Below, piece after piece: positions 50,665 through 62,494 of a stretch of 64,000 bases of DNA (its first letter is position 1; every line of letters starts with the position of its first letter). The translations under genes were made by a program, and so were the position numbers. The stretch is taken from NCBI GenBank assembly GCA_963815195.1, contig CAWFGE010000012.1, positions 576,001 to 640,000 of the forward strand, read 5' to 3'. Source of the stretch: an uncultured Planctomycetaceae bacterium. Its GTDB lineage: Bacteria > Planctomycetota > Planctomycetia > Planctomycetales > Planctomycetaceae. The notes under the pieces are model-generated. The model saw nothing but the letters and a program-made list of their open reading frames with translations, had not been told where the DNA came from and did not search any database.

Positions 50665-51966
50665 TCAACGCTTGGCTTGGTTCCCGGCCAGTTCCACGAG
50701 TTTGTCGAACGACCAGCGGAGCGGCTCGTAACCGCCCGTGACCATCAACTTGCCATCGGGCGAAAAAGCGACGTTCCTTTCATCGACGGCGTGCTTGGGA
50801 AGGTCGACGGTCAGGCGGGGTTGCAAGCGGGGCAGCGACCAGAGCGCCAGCTTTGACATGCCGTTCGTGGAAACCAGCCAACGGCCGGACGGATGAAACA
50901 CGACTTTCGTATGACGACGACCACCCGTCAAGCGATGGTGGGTCAGCCAGCGCTTGTTTTGCAGGTCGTATAGCCGAACCACGCGGCCGAAGCCGATTGC
51001 CAATGTTTTGCCGTCCGGGGAAACATCCACGCTGCACTGGCGTTCGCGGTACTGGGGATCGTTCAGCAATTCGTCGGCTTTGAGTTGCTTCGGCAATCCA
51101 TCGTCCGCTGTGAGTTCTTTTATGAGGCTCCCATCCTCCACGTTCCAGATGCGGATCGACAAGTCGTTCGCAGTTGTTACAAGCGTTTTGCTGTCCGCTC
51201 CAAAGTCCATTCCCCAGAAAATCGGATTAGGCTGTTTGATCGTCTTAGGCTGTTTGATCGTCAGATGATGCGAAAACTCTGGGCCGGTGTTTGCCGTCCG
51301 CTCCGTGGAGGCGATTTTCCAGAGATCCACGAGGCCGGCGGATTGGTGGTTCGTCCTGCGACTTATTGGATAAGTAAACATCGGAAGAGCCAGCCAGCGC
51401 TCATCGGGCGAAATCCGTAGGGGAGCATATCCCGGCGCATTGCAAATCCCGCCGTAGGGGCCATTGGGTGACGTTGCTTCGGGATAGACCTTCGCCAGCG
51501 ACTTGGTCTTTTGAAGCAGCCATTTGGGACGAAGATTGCGGCGAGAATTTCCTTCTCTGAATAACTTTAATTCATGGTCGTCCGTCAGAACGATGAGCCA
51601 TTTTCCACGATCAAGGAAAGCGGAATTAATGGGGCGTCCATCCGGATCTGGCCAGCGGTTGGGAAGATCTTGGGTCTCCCTGATGTATTCCCAATCATTC
51701 GTCCTCCAGATGACATAAACGGCTTCTCCTCCTCTGCCTCCTCTATAGGGAGCCGGCGGTCTTCCGCGGCCTCCGCCGAAGAGCGTATGGCCGTCGGGGG
51801 AAAATGAGAGGGTATCCGCTGAGCCGTTAAAACCCTCCAAGGGCTCGGACGCTTCGCGGAGGATTTTTTCCGACTCCGACTCCCGCGGTTGGGCTTGGGC
51901 CGCGGTCGTCAACGATCCCAGCACGGCAAGCAACAATGCGCCAATATTCCGGGGGGATGCGAGCAT
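50665..51966 (-). CDS. Exported WD40-repeat protein
   Basis: Signal peptide; FSPDG, ISPD, FGADSK..IRIWN, VSPDGK, FHPSGR, FSPDGK repeats; lower GC than flanks. Confidence 0.8.
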   Translation of the reverse strand: MLASPRNIGALLLAVLGSLTTAAQAQPRESESEKILREASEPLEGFNGSADTLSFSPDGHTLFGGGRGRPPAPYRGGRGGEAVYVIWRTNDWEYIRETQDLPNRWPDPDGRPINSAFLDRGKWLIVLTDDHELKLFREGNSRRNLRPKWLLQKTKSLAKVYPEATSPNGPYGGICNAPGYAPLRISPDERWLALPMFTYPISRRTNHQSAGLVDLWKIASTERTANTGPEFSHHLTIKQPKTIKQPNPIFWGMDFGADSKTLVTTANDLSIRIWNVEDGSLIKELTADDGLPKQLKADELLNDPQYRERQCSVDVSPDGKTLAIGFGRVVRLYDLQNKRWLTHHRLTGGRRHTKVVFHPSGRWLVSTNGMSKLALWSLPRLQPRLTVDLPKHAVDERNVAFSPDGKLMVTGGYEPLRWSFDKLVELAGNQAKR

Positions 51967-52073
51967 GGGAGTCTCCTTTTGCGTGAGGGTCAGTTGCGTG
52001 ATTGCACTCGTCGACTACCCTGCCTGCCATCGCCCGGCCCCGGCGGATTTGCACTCGAAACTTTGCTCCAAAA

Positions 52074-53057
52074 CTACTCGCCGAACTTGGGCGGGTGGAG
52101 CAGGCGGGGCATTTCCTCGGTTTGGCGGTTCTCCGGGGTGGCGACGTGCTCGCCGGTGATGATGCGTTTTTCCACCTTTTCGCCTTTAAGCTTTTTGTGC
52201 ATCGCCATCACGGCTTCGTAGCCCATCTTGACCGGGTCCTGCAGCACGATTCCTTGGACCTTGTTCGCTTCCAAACCATTGACGAGATCGGCGTTTGGGT
52301 CGAAGGCCACGAATTTGACTTTGCCGGTGAGTTCGAGTTCCTGTAGGGCCAACAGCACGCCCGCGGCATTGGGTTCGCAGACGGCGAAGATGCCATCCGC
52401 CTGGTCTTTGTACTGGCCGAGGATTTGCATGGCTTTTTCCTGCGACGACTTGGGCGTGGTGCCGGCGTATTGGTTGTCGGAGAGGATGTTGACCTCGGGG
52501 AACTCTTTTTTGAGCGTGTCCAGAAAGCCTTCTTCGCGCTGCTCGGTGCTTTCGCTGCCTTCGTTGTAGCGGAGCAGGATCACGTCGCCTTGGCCGCCCA
52601 TCGCTTCGACGAGCCTGCGGGCCGCGATCTGGCCGCCGTGGTAGTTGTCGGTGGCGACGTAGGAGACGATTTTGCTTTCATCGGCGAGGCCGCTGTCGTA
52701 AATCACCACGGGGATGTTTTCCTCGACGGATTCCTCGACGAGGCTGACGAGCATGGAAGTGTCGAGCGGGGCGAGGCAGATGCCATCCACCTGTTTGGTG
52801 ATGAAGTCCCGCATCACCTGGATTTGCCCTGGTCCGTCGTTTTCTTCGAGCGGGCCTTTCCAGAGGATTTCCACGTCGCCGAGTTCCTTGGCGGCTTTCT
52901 CGGCACCGTAATGCACGGATTTCCAAAACTCGTGGGTCGTGCCTTTGGGGATCACGGCGATCCGCAGCTTGCCGCTGTCTGCGGGCCTCGTGCAACCGGC
53001 CGCGAGAGAAAACAGCACCACCGATGCCAACAGGCATCGCATCGCGTTCGAGCGCAT
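52074..53057 (-). CDS. Sugar ABC transporter substrate-binding lipoprotein (RbsB-like)
   Basis: Lipobox LAAGC, IAVIPKGTTHEFWKSV, VDGI.LAP, VATDNY.GG, LQDPVKMGY. Confidence 0.92.
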   Translation of the reverse strand: MRSNAMRCLLASVVLFSLAAGCTRPADSGKLRIAVIPKGTTHEFWKSVHYGAEKAAKELGDVEILWKGPLEENDGPGQIQVMRDFITKQVDGICLAPLDTSMLVSLVEESVEENIPVVIYDSGLADESKIVSYVATDNYHGGQIAARRLVEAMGGQGDVILLRYNEGSESTEQREEGFLDTLKKEFPEVNILSDNQYAGTTPKSSQEKAMQILGQYKDQADGIFAVCEPNAAGVLLALQELELTGKVKFVAFDPNADLVNGLEANKVQGIVLQDPVKMGYEAVMAMHKKLKGEKVEKRIITGEHVATPENRQTEEMPRLLHPPKFGE

Positions 53058-53531
53058 CTCGGCTTCGCTCCAATGTTGGGGGGTGAAAAGGAAAAAGCAT
53101 GGGAGGCGTGTGAGGGAGGCGTGCAGGTATTGTCGCATCCCTTTGTCATCGTAACAGGCGGGCAATCGCCATCCAAGCCTGCAATTGCCGCGGCGCCGGC
53201 CCGCTTCCGCCATTGTCGGGGGCCGAATTTATCTTCGCGCCGCGAAAGGCGGCGGCGGCGGCTTGCGGCAGTTCCTGTATTGCATCGGCGCGTGAATCGC
53301 CGAAACCTACTAAACTCGGCGGGGCGCGAACAACTTTCAAATGCCACCCGGGCCAGTGCTTTCTGTGCCAGTGGCACGCCAGGCGATCTGCGAATGTCAC
53401 GGCAATGTAACAATTGTACGGATTCCTGTTGCCTGGGGCCGGAGCGGGGAATATCGTGTGAGAGATCCCGATTTGGGGTCGCCTTTTTCCACACAGCCCA
53501 TGGACCCGGACAAAACACAAAGGACCCACCC

Positions 53532-56500
53532 ATGCAGACACAGCGCCAACGTTGGATGAGAAAATCGCTTTTCGCGGCCGGGCTGTTGGGCGTCCTGTGT
53601 CTTGGGGCGGCCCCCGCAAGCCGGGCGGCGGACGAGCCGGCGAAATCGAAAACCATCACGAGGCTGCCCGTCCTCCCGGCGGAGATCCACGAGGCACTCC
53701 AAGACCGCGACTTCGCGAAGGCGGTCGAGTTGATCGATGCCGCGCTCAAGGAAGCGAAGACGAACGCCAAGGATTATTTGCTGTACCTCAAAGGCCGGGC
53801 GCTGACGGACCAGAAACAATACGACCAAGCGCTCGAAACGTTTTTGAAGCTGGAAAAGGATTATCCGAAAAGCGATTGGCTTTCGCGGTCGCGGTTCGGG
53901 CGGGCGGAGGTGTTCCAGCGGAAGCGGGATTATCAGAAGGCCGGGGAGATTTATCAGGCCGAGGCCCAAAGGCTGCTCTCCGACGGCCGGCGGGATGAGC
54001 TTACCGGCATCTATCTGGAATTTGCGAAGCGGTATTTCGAAGGCGTCCCCGTGGCCGGGCCGACGAGCGAGAAGAAACCCGATTACCAGTTGGCCCTGAC
54101 CTATTATCAGGAATCCCTCAAGCTGCGGCCGAGTTTGAAACTCCGGCAGGAGATCGAACTCAAGATCGCCCGTTGCCACCAGGAGCTCGGCCAGTTCGAC
54201 CAGGCGATCGCGGCCTATGAAAAGTTCCTCAAGGACTACGCCTCGCCGAAAACCGACGACCGCCTGAACGCTCCCGCGGATTTGGAAATCGAGGCCCGCT
54301 ACCGCCTCGGCAAAACGCAGTTGGCCCAAGGGCACTCCGCGGACGCCCGCAAGACCTGGCAGGACTTTTTGAGAAGCCCGCTCGCCAAGAAAGCCGACAA
54401 AGACCGCATCGCCCAGATCACCTACGAACTCGCCCACACCTTCGGCGTGCCCAGCCCCGGTTCGGAGTCCGCGATGGAACTCGGCGTCGCAGCGCTCGAG
54501 CGGTTCCTCAAAGAGTTCCCGCAGCACAAGCTCGCGGCCAAGGCCCAACTGGAAATCGCCCAAAGCTACATCGCCTTCCGCCGCTTCGACCGGGCGATCG
54601 ATCGGCTCAAGCAACTCATCAAACAGGGCAGCACGGACGATGAGGAATCGATCGCCGGGGCCCGGCGGTTGTTGGGGGAATCGTATTTCGCGCAGAAAAA
54701 ATTCACGGAAGCCATCGCCGCCTGGCGGGAGTTCCTGGACGAGCATCCGTCGCATCCCACTTGGAGCGCGGTGCAACGGCAGGTGATCGATGCGGAGTTT
54801 CAACGGGCCGAGGAAGCCCGCGAAGCGAAGAACTACGCTGAGGCGAGAAAGCTCTGGTCCACGTTCCTTAATAAATATCCGCTCGACGACCGGGCCTCGC
54901 TGATTCTGCTCCGCTTCGGCCAGATGAAACTCGCCGAGGGCAACGCGTGCATCACAAAGGACGATGACAAAGCCAAGGCCGATCCCAAAGATCCCAAAAC
55001 ACTCCCGGCGGACTGCCAGAAGCTGTTCGACGAGGCCATCGAAGATTGGAAACGCCTGACGCAGAAATATCCCGACACGGCCAACGCTTCGCAGGCCGCG
55101 TATTTGATCGGCGTCACGCTGGAAGATCATTTGGGCCGATTGAGCGACGCCCTCGAAGCCTACAAAAAGGTCACAGGCGATTATCAAGCGAACGCCCAGC
55201 AGCGGATCGCCAACCTCACCGCCAAGCAGTTGGAAGTCGTCACCGAGCGGAAGTTCCTCACCGATGAGGCTCCGGAAATCGTGGTGACGAGCCGCAACCT
55301 GGAAAAGCTTTCCATCAAAATCTACCGCATCGACATGGCGGATTACTTCCGCAAGATGCACCTGGCGACGGGCATCGAGACCTTGGACATCGCCCTCATC
55401 GATCCCGACAAGTCCTGGGAGTACGAGGTCAAGGATTACGAGAAATACCGGCAGTTCACCAATCACATTCCCATCCCCAACAACGGGCCCGGCGTGACGG
55501 CGGTCACGGTCTCCAGCGACAAGCAGGAAGCCACGACCATGCTCATCGTGTCGGACATCGACATCATCGTGAAGACCTCGCGGAACGAGTTGTTCGTGTT
55601 CGCGGAAAACATGCGGACCAAAAAACCCGCCGCCGGCGTGAGCATCCTCGTCAGCGACGCCGAGAAAGTCTTCGCCGAGGAACTGACGGGCGCTGACGGC
55701 GTTTTGCAGAAGTCCTACGAGCCGCTCAAAACCGCGGAAGACCTCCGCGTGTTCGCGATTCACGAAGGGCACGCGGCTTCCACGGTCACCGCCTTGTCGG
55801 GGCTCCAGTTCGCCGTGGGCCTTTCGCCCCAGGGCTATCTTTACACCGACCGCCCGGCGTATCGCGCGGGGGAACTCGTGAACCTCAAAGGCGTGGTGCG
55901 CTGGGTCGCGGACGATCAATTCACCTTCAAACCCGGCGAGAAATACACGCTCGATATTTACGATTCCCGCAGCCGGGTGATCCACACCGCCAAGGTGCAG
56001 CTTTCGGAGTTCGGCACGTTCGCCCATCACGTGACGTTGCCCGAATCCGCGCCGCAGGGCGATTACCGCGTGCACCTCTACCAGCCCGGCCAGACCCAGT
56101 CTTACGAAGCCCGCTTCCAGGTCCACGAGACCCGGCTCGAACCCGTGCAGATCGTGGTCGATCTCGACGAAGACATCGTGTATCGCGGCGAGAAGATCAC
56201 CGGCAAGATCACGCTCCAGTATTACTACGGCACCCCGCTCGCCGACCGCACGCTCAGGTATCAACTCAGTGAAGGCCGCGTCCACACCGCCTCCACCGAT
56301 GCGAAGGGCCAGATCGCGTTCGAGTTCGACACGGCCGAGTTCAGCGAATCGGCGGTGCTGCCGTTATTGGTCTCGTTCCCGGAACGAAATCTGCAGACGC
56401 GGGTCTCGGTATTCCTGGCGACGCGGGGGTTTGGGATCGATGTGAGCACGCTGCGGAAGGTGTTTATCGTCGGCGAGCCGTTCGACGCTTCGCTCAAAGT

Positions 56501-59500
56501 CACCGACGCCGCGGGCAAACCCGTCTCGACGGAGTTGACCCTGGAAGTCTTCGAGCGGACCCGCGTGGAGCACCAAACCGGCGAACGCCTGATCGCCAGC
56601 TATCCCGTCAAGAGCGACGAAAAAACCGGCGAAGCCCGGCAAACGCTCAAGCTGGAAAACGCCGGGGTGTATATTTTGAGAGCCTCCGCGACCGACCGGT
56701 TTGGGAACCGCGTGGCCGGCGGCACGGCGGTGAAGATTTCCGGCGAAGACGATAACATTCGGCTGCGAATCTTCGCCGAGAAGCAGCACTACAAAGTCGG
56801 CGACGAGGCGGCCCTCACGCTGCATTGGCGCGAGAAGCCGGCGCTGGCTTTGCTCACTTATGAAGGGGCGAAGATCCTGGGCTATCGGCTCGTGAATCTG
56901 AAAACCGGAGCCAATCCGCTCAAGCTGCCTTTGGACGCCAAGCTCAGCCCGAACTTTCGGCTCTCGGCGGCGGTGATGCACGCTCATCACTTCCACGTGG
57001 CCCAGACCGATTTTCTCGTCGAACGCGAATTGAACATCGCCCTCAAACCCACCAAGACCACGCTCAAGCCCGGCGAGGAATTGGAAGTCGGAATCACCGT
57101 GACCGACCCGCAAGGCCAACCCGTCTCCGCGGAATTGTCGCTGGGCCTCATTCAAAAAAATCTCTTGGAAGCCTTTGCGGAAAACCAGCCTGCAATCCAA
57201 AAGCTGTATTCCGGCGGCATCCGCCAACCCGCCATGCGCGTGCAAACCAGCACGACCTTCGAGTATCACCCGAAGGCCCGCGGCATCAGCCAGTTCCTCC
57301 TCGCAGAAGAAGAACGCCGCGAAATCCTCAACCGCGAAATAGCGGCCTTGCGGGGATTGGCTTCCTCGGAGCAACGCAATATCTTTATCGGAGGGGGACT
57401 CGCACCAGATCAGCCCATCAGAGCATTGCTGCAAGCCCGAGAAGAATCCTTGATCACAGGAGCGACGAGCGAACGGATCCACTTCGTCCCCGATGAAGTC
57501 GAGGAAATCCACGGTCCGCTATTCGATAATACACGGCGAACGGGGGGTGGAGGGAGTTTTGCAAGACTAAGTGATGTCATCGACGCCGAAGATCTGCGTA
57601 GTGGGCGAATTTCAATATACGATGGGAAGCTAAGCCTCGTCATTCGCCAACATCAACGTGTGCTCGACGGCCAGATGGCTTCGCCAAATGGTGAAGCGGG
57701 CGACCTGGTTGTGCCATTGAACCAATCCGATCTCTCGAATCCCGAAATTCAGAAAGCCATTGCCGGCTGGAAGGCACGATTCGGGGCCCCCAATGCGCCG
57801 GTCGATGGCCCGGGACCCGGAATCGTGCCTTCGAATGGCAACGGCGTCGTGATTGGTTTAGCCACCCCAGAACGATTCCAGATGCAGGCCATGTCGCAGC
57901 AGCAAGAGCAAAAGGAGTTTTCGTTCTATTTCGGATTGAACCGTGACGGCGGCAATAATTCAGCGCCGCTCCAACATCGGTCTCTGCAACAACTCTCCCA
58001 GTTGGAAGGCACCGTGGTGGGGCTGAACAGCATGGGCGAGATGCAAGTGGTCAACGGGCTGCCGATGCAGCGACTTGAGGAACTCAACAAGGCTGGTCTC
58101 CAAATGCTGCCCGCGATGGGGGCCGCCGAGACCGGGTATTGGAACCCGGTCATCGTCACCGGCCAAGATGGCAAGGCGAAAATCACGTTCCGCCTGCCGG
58201 AGCGCTCGACGGCGTGGCGGCTCCAAAGCCGGGCTGTTACGAAAGACACCCTCACCGGGGAAAGTGATCTGGAGATTATCACCAAGAAAGACCTCTTCGG
58301 CGAGATCAAAACCCCGCTGGCGTTCATGGCCAGCGACAAAGCCCGCGTGATCGTGGAAGTTCATAACGCCGTCGTTGCGAAAGGCGAAACGATCCACGTA
58401 ATCTTCAAAGCCAAGCTGGGCGAGAAGACGACCGAACTCCGCAAGACGCTGGAATCGAAAGGCCCCGGCGTCGAGGAAGTGCAGTTCCCCATCAGCCTGG
58501 AAGCCGCGGGCGAAACGCTGCTGACGGTGAATGTCGAAAGCGGCATGCACAAAGATGAAACGACCGCGAGCGTTCCGGTGGAGCCGTTCGGCCTGCCGGT
58601 GTTCGCGACCGCATCGGGCACCGCGGCCCAGAACACGATCGCGTTCGTAGGCTTCGATAAAACCACGCCCGCCCAGAACCCGGGCCTGGAAATTGTCGTG
58701 GGGCCGACCGTCAACCGGGCCCTCATCGATGCCGTGCTCGGCAGCGAGGAATATGGTGCCGCGATGATCCTGCCCGAGAACCGTTTTGAGCGCGCGATCT
58801 CGGATGTGCTCGGCGGAACGGCCGTTTTGAAAATGCTCCAGGCCAGCCAGAACACCGACAGCCCGGAAGCCGAGGCTCTCGCGGGCCGCGTGCAATCGGG
58901 AATCGCTTCCTTGGTGTCGAGCCAGCGGGACGACGGCGGTTGGAGCTGGTCCGGAAAGCCGGGAGCCAGCGCGTCGGATCAGTATCTGTCCAGCCGCGCG
59001 GTGTGGCGCTTGCGGCGGCTCGCGACGCGGGCTTTGCCGTGCCACAGGAGACGTGGAACAAAGGCATCGGGCAACTGAAATCCGCCTTCGCCGCGAGTTC
59101 TGCGTCCGACCGCGAAGGGCAGGCGATTCTGCTCCACGGTTTGACGATGGCCGGGGCCGGCGATTTCGCCTTCGCCAATCGGCTGTACCGCGAACGCAAC
59201 AGCTTAAGCACGTCGGGCCTGTTGCATGTGGCGCTCGCGCTCATCGAGCTCGATCGCAAATCGATGGCCGAGGATCTGCTGAAGCTGGTCAAGCTCCCCG
59301 TGGAAGTCGCGAGCGCCAACTCGCGGGAGTTGGACGAGTTCGCTCTCCGCTGCATTCCGTGGATGCAATCCAACGTCGAACTGCGGGCGCTGTATTTCTT
59401 GGCATTGGAACAAGTGCCGGTGCCCGGCGCGAAACCGGAACAAGTCGCAAGCTGGCTGATGGCCGCCCGCCAGGGAACCCGCTTTACGCCGGAAAAAGCC

Positions 59501-62032
59501 AACGGCCCCGCGATCGCGGCGCTCGCCCGCTGGTACGGCCGGCAACGGCAAGCCGCCGAGAAATACCAACTCGCGGTGTTCGTCAACGACCGCCGGGTCG
59601 AGCTTCTGGACATCAAGCCCCACGAAGACGCCAGCCGCCGGCTCACCGTGCCCGCCGAGTTCCTCAACAAGGAAGGCCGGCAGCGGATCAACTTCGACAT
59701 CACCGGCCGCGGGCAGTTCAGCTATAGCGTGGTGTTGACAGGATTCGTCCCCGCCAAAGATCTCAAAAGCACCACGCAGGATTGGTGGGTCTCCAGGCGG
59801 TACGAGCCGGCCCAACTTCTTTACAACGGCCAAGTCGTGCCGCGGGGCTTCGATGTCCTCACGGGCAGCTACCGCGCCTTCCACAACCCGCTCACCCAGT
59901 TGCCTCTGGGAGATCGCGGCGACGTGACGATCGATTTCGCAAGGCGGAACCTCCAAGGCACGCCGGATGAGCGGCTGGATTACATCGTCATCACCGAACC
60001 GATCCCCGCGGGCACGATGGTGCTGCCGGAGTCCGTTTCGGGAAACTACGAGCGCTACGAGCAAACGCCGGGCGCGATTACGTTCTACCTGGGCGATCAG
60101 CCGCGTTCGACGACGATCCGCTATCAACTCGCGGGCTATCTGCCCGGCGAATACCAGGCGCTCCCCACGATCGCCCGCAGTTTTTACCGGCCGGAGCGGA
60201 TGGCGATCTCCGAAGGCAAAACACTGTCCGTGCTCGATCGCGGCGAGAAGTCCAAAGATGAATACCAGCTCAGCCCGCGGGAGCTTTATGAACTCGGCAA
60301 GCGGTCGCTCGGCGATCAAAAGTTCGCAGGCGCCGACGACCATCTCACCCGCTTGTTCCGCAACTATCGCTTGAACGGCGAGGTCTATAAGGACACCGTG
60401 GAGATGCTGTTCCGCACGTCGCTCGCGCTGAATAAGGATCAATACGTCGTCGAGTATTTCGAGATCATCAAAGAGAAATATCCCGACGTGGAGATTGAAT
60501 TCGACAACATCCTCCGCGTGGCGGCGGCGTATCGGGAACTGGGCGAATACGAGCGCAGCTTCCTCGTGTACCGGGCGACTGTGGAAGCCCGCTTTGAACG
60601 CGAAAGCCAGATCGCGGGCTTCCTCACCGCCCGGAACGAGTTTCTGCATTCGGTCGAGGTCCTGGAACGATTGCTCCGCGACTACCCGGCGGAATCTTAC
60701 ATTGCCACCGCGACCTATGCGCTCGCCGGGGAAGTCTACGGCATGGCCGAGTCCGCCAAGGACAACGAGAAGCTCAAACAGGCCGGCGTCACGCGGGTGG
60801 ATTTGATCGCAGCCAACATCCACATGCTCGATCATTTCCTGTCCACCTGGCCCAACGACCCCGCGGCGGACGTGGCGGCGTTTTCGATGGCGAACTCCTA
60901 TCTCGACCTCGAACAATACCAGCCCGCGATTTCCCGCTGCGAGAAATTCGCCGAGCGCTATCCCCAAAGCCAGCTTCTGGACAGTTTCTGGTACGTGATC
61001 GGCTTCAGCCAGTTTGCCTTGGGCAAATCACAAGAAGCCCTCAAGATGTGCGAAAAAGTCGCCGAGGCCAAACGCAAGGAGCCAAGCACCGGCGTCGAAG
61101 TCGCCGCCGCGAACAAATGGCAAGCCATCTACATCATGGGCCAGATTTACCACAGCCTAGGCGAACCGGCCAAGGCGATCGGCGAGTACAAAAAAGTCGA
61201 GGACCGCTTCCCCGACGCGGACGAGGCGATCCTTTTCTTCACCCGCAAGGAAATCTCGCTGCCGGAGGTGTCGACGATCCGCCCGAAAGATCCCAAGTCG
61301 GTGACGCTCAAGTACCGCAACATCGAGTCGGCCCAGGTCAAGGTGTACCGCATCGACCTGATGAAGTTCGGCCTGATGCAGCGAAACCTCGACCGCATCA
61401 CCGCGATCAATCTCGCGGGCATCAAGCCCTATCACGAACTCACGCTCGAATTGGGCGACGGCCGGGATTACCGCGAGCGCGAAAAACCGCTGGCCTTGCC
61501 ACTCAAGGATGAGGGGGCTTATCTCGTGGTCTGCCGGGGCGAGAACCTTTACAGCAGCGGGCTCGTGCTGATCACGCCGTTCGCCTTAGAGGTGCAGGAA
61601 GATGCGGTGAGCGGCCGGGTGCGGGTCACGGTGAAGAATGCCGTCACCGATCACTACGCCGCGGACGTGCACGTCAAAACCATCGGCAGCGCGAACGCGC
61701 AGTTCGTCTCCGGCGAGACCGACCTCCGGGGCATCTTCATCGCCGACGACATCCAAGGCACGAGCACGGTCATCGCCAAGCGGGAGCCGAATCTCTACGC
61801 TTTCTACCGCGGCGAAAAGGTCTTGGGCACTGTTCCAAATGCTCCGCCCCAAGGCGAAGCAAAACAAGCCCCGTCAACAAAGCCGGAAAGCGGCAAGCCC
61901 ATGCCAGGCCAAGGCCAGCTCCTCGAGCAACTCCGCGGCGACAACTACCGCAACAACGGCGACCAGCGTTCGCTGTATAAAGACCTGATTAACAACAGCA
62001 TCCAAGGCGTGAAAGCCAAAGGAGCCTATTGA
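53532..62032 (+). CDS. Giant TPR plus alpha-2-macroglobulin-family protein (~2,830 aa; frameshift near 59005)
   Basis: Signal peptide, N-terminal TPRs, MG2 motif YTDRPAYRAGE, ETGYWNP..LPERSTAWR, SQRDDGGWSW, receptor-binding-like ITEPIPAG, then more TPRs; ORFs 52425..59078 and 58940..62032 join at VW-ALAAAR. Confidence 0.88.
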
Positions 62033-62106
62033 CCCAAATCGGCGTGGGCACTCGGCGCGTTTTCCGGTGCAAATCCGAAGCACGAAATCCGAAACAAATC
62101 CAAAAT

Positions 62107-62238
62107 CAGTACTTCCCAAAAAGCTCAGGAAATTGGTTTGGTTTTCAAGAGCCGCGCACGAAGTAAGCGATTTTCAGGGCCTCAGACGACGCAAGACCGC
62201 TTACTTCGTGCGCGGCTCAGGCTTTTTGGGACCTACTG
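62107..62238. repeat. Nested palindromic (MITE/REP-like) element
   Basis: Outer CAGTACTTCCCAAAAAGC/GCTTTTTGGGACCTACTG; inner GAGCCGCGCACGAAGTAAGCG/CGCTTACTTCGTGCGCGGCTC. Confidence 0.8.
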
Positions 62239-62398
62239 AAAATGCAATAGCCCGAACGAGTGGCTCTCTTTTGGAAATTCAGTCGTTCCAAATGTCGTGG
62301 GATGGCGGGTGTCAACGTCCGGGCTGCATTAGCCGACGAGACGCCTCCACCAAAAGGATTGAGGGTCTTCGGCCGTTTTTCCCTGATTTGGAGCTACG

Positions 62399-62477
62399 GA
62401 ACTTGAAAAACCGCTGACGGCGTGCGCGGCTCTCTTTTAGAACTTGAGAAACCGCTGACGGCGTGCGCGGCTCTTTT
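62399..62477 (+). repeat. Two 41-bp-period direct repeats related to the inner REP arm at 62198-62218
   Basis: GAACTTGA(A/G)AAACCGCTGACGGCGTGCGCGGCTCT twice. Confidence 0.75.
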
Positions 62478-62494
62478 CGATCCTTGCGATTCCG

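Noticed and set aside
52425..53531. 369-aa N-terminal extension of the macroglobulin ORF
   Set aside because: It is the antisense of the sugar-binding protein gene plus intergenic DNA; a signal peptide and RBS support ATG 53532
7021..59010. Widespread pseudogenisation or programmed frameshifting in cysS, rho, topoisomerase B, feoB, aconitase and others
   Set aside because: Single indels in otherwise intact, often essential genes with no other decay; a shared GCGC context is better explained by sequencing error
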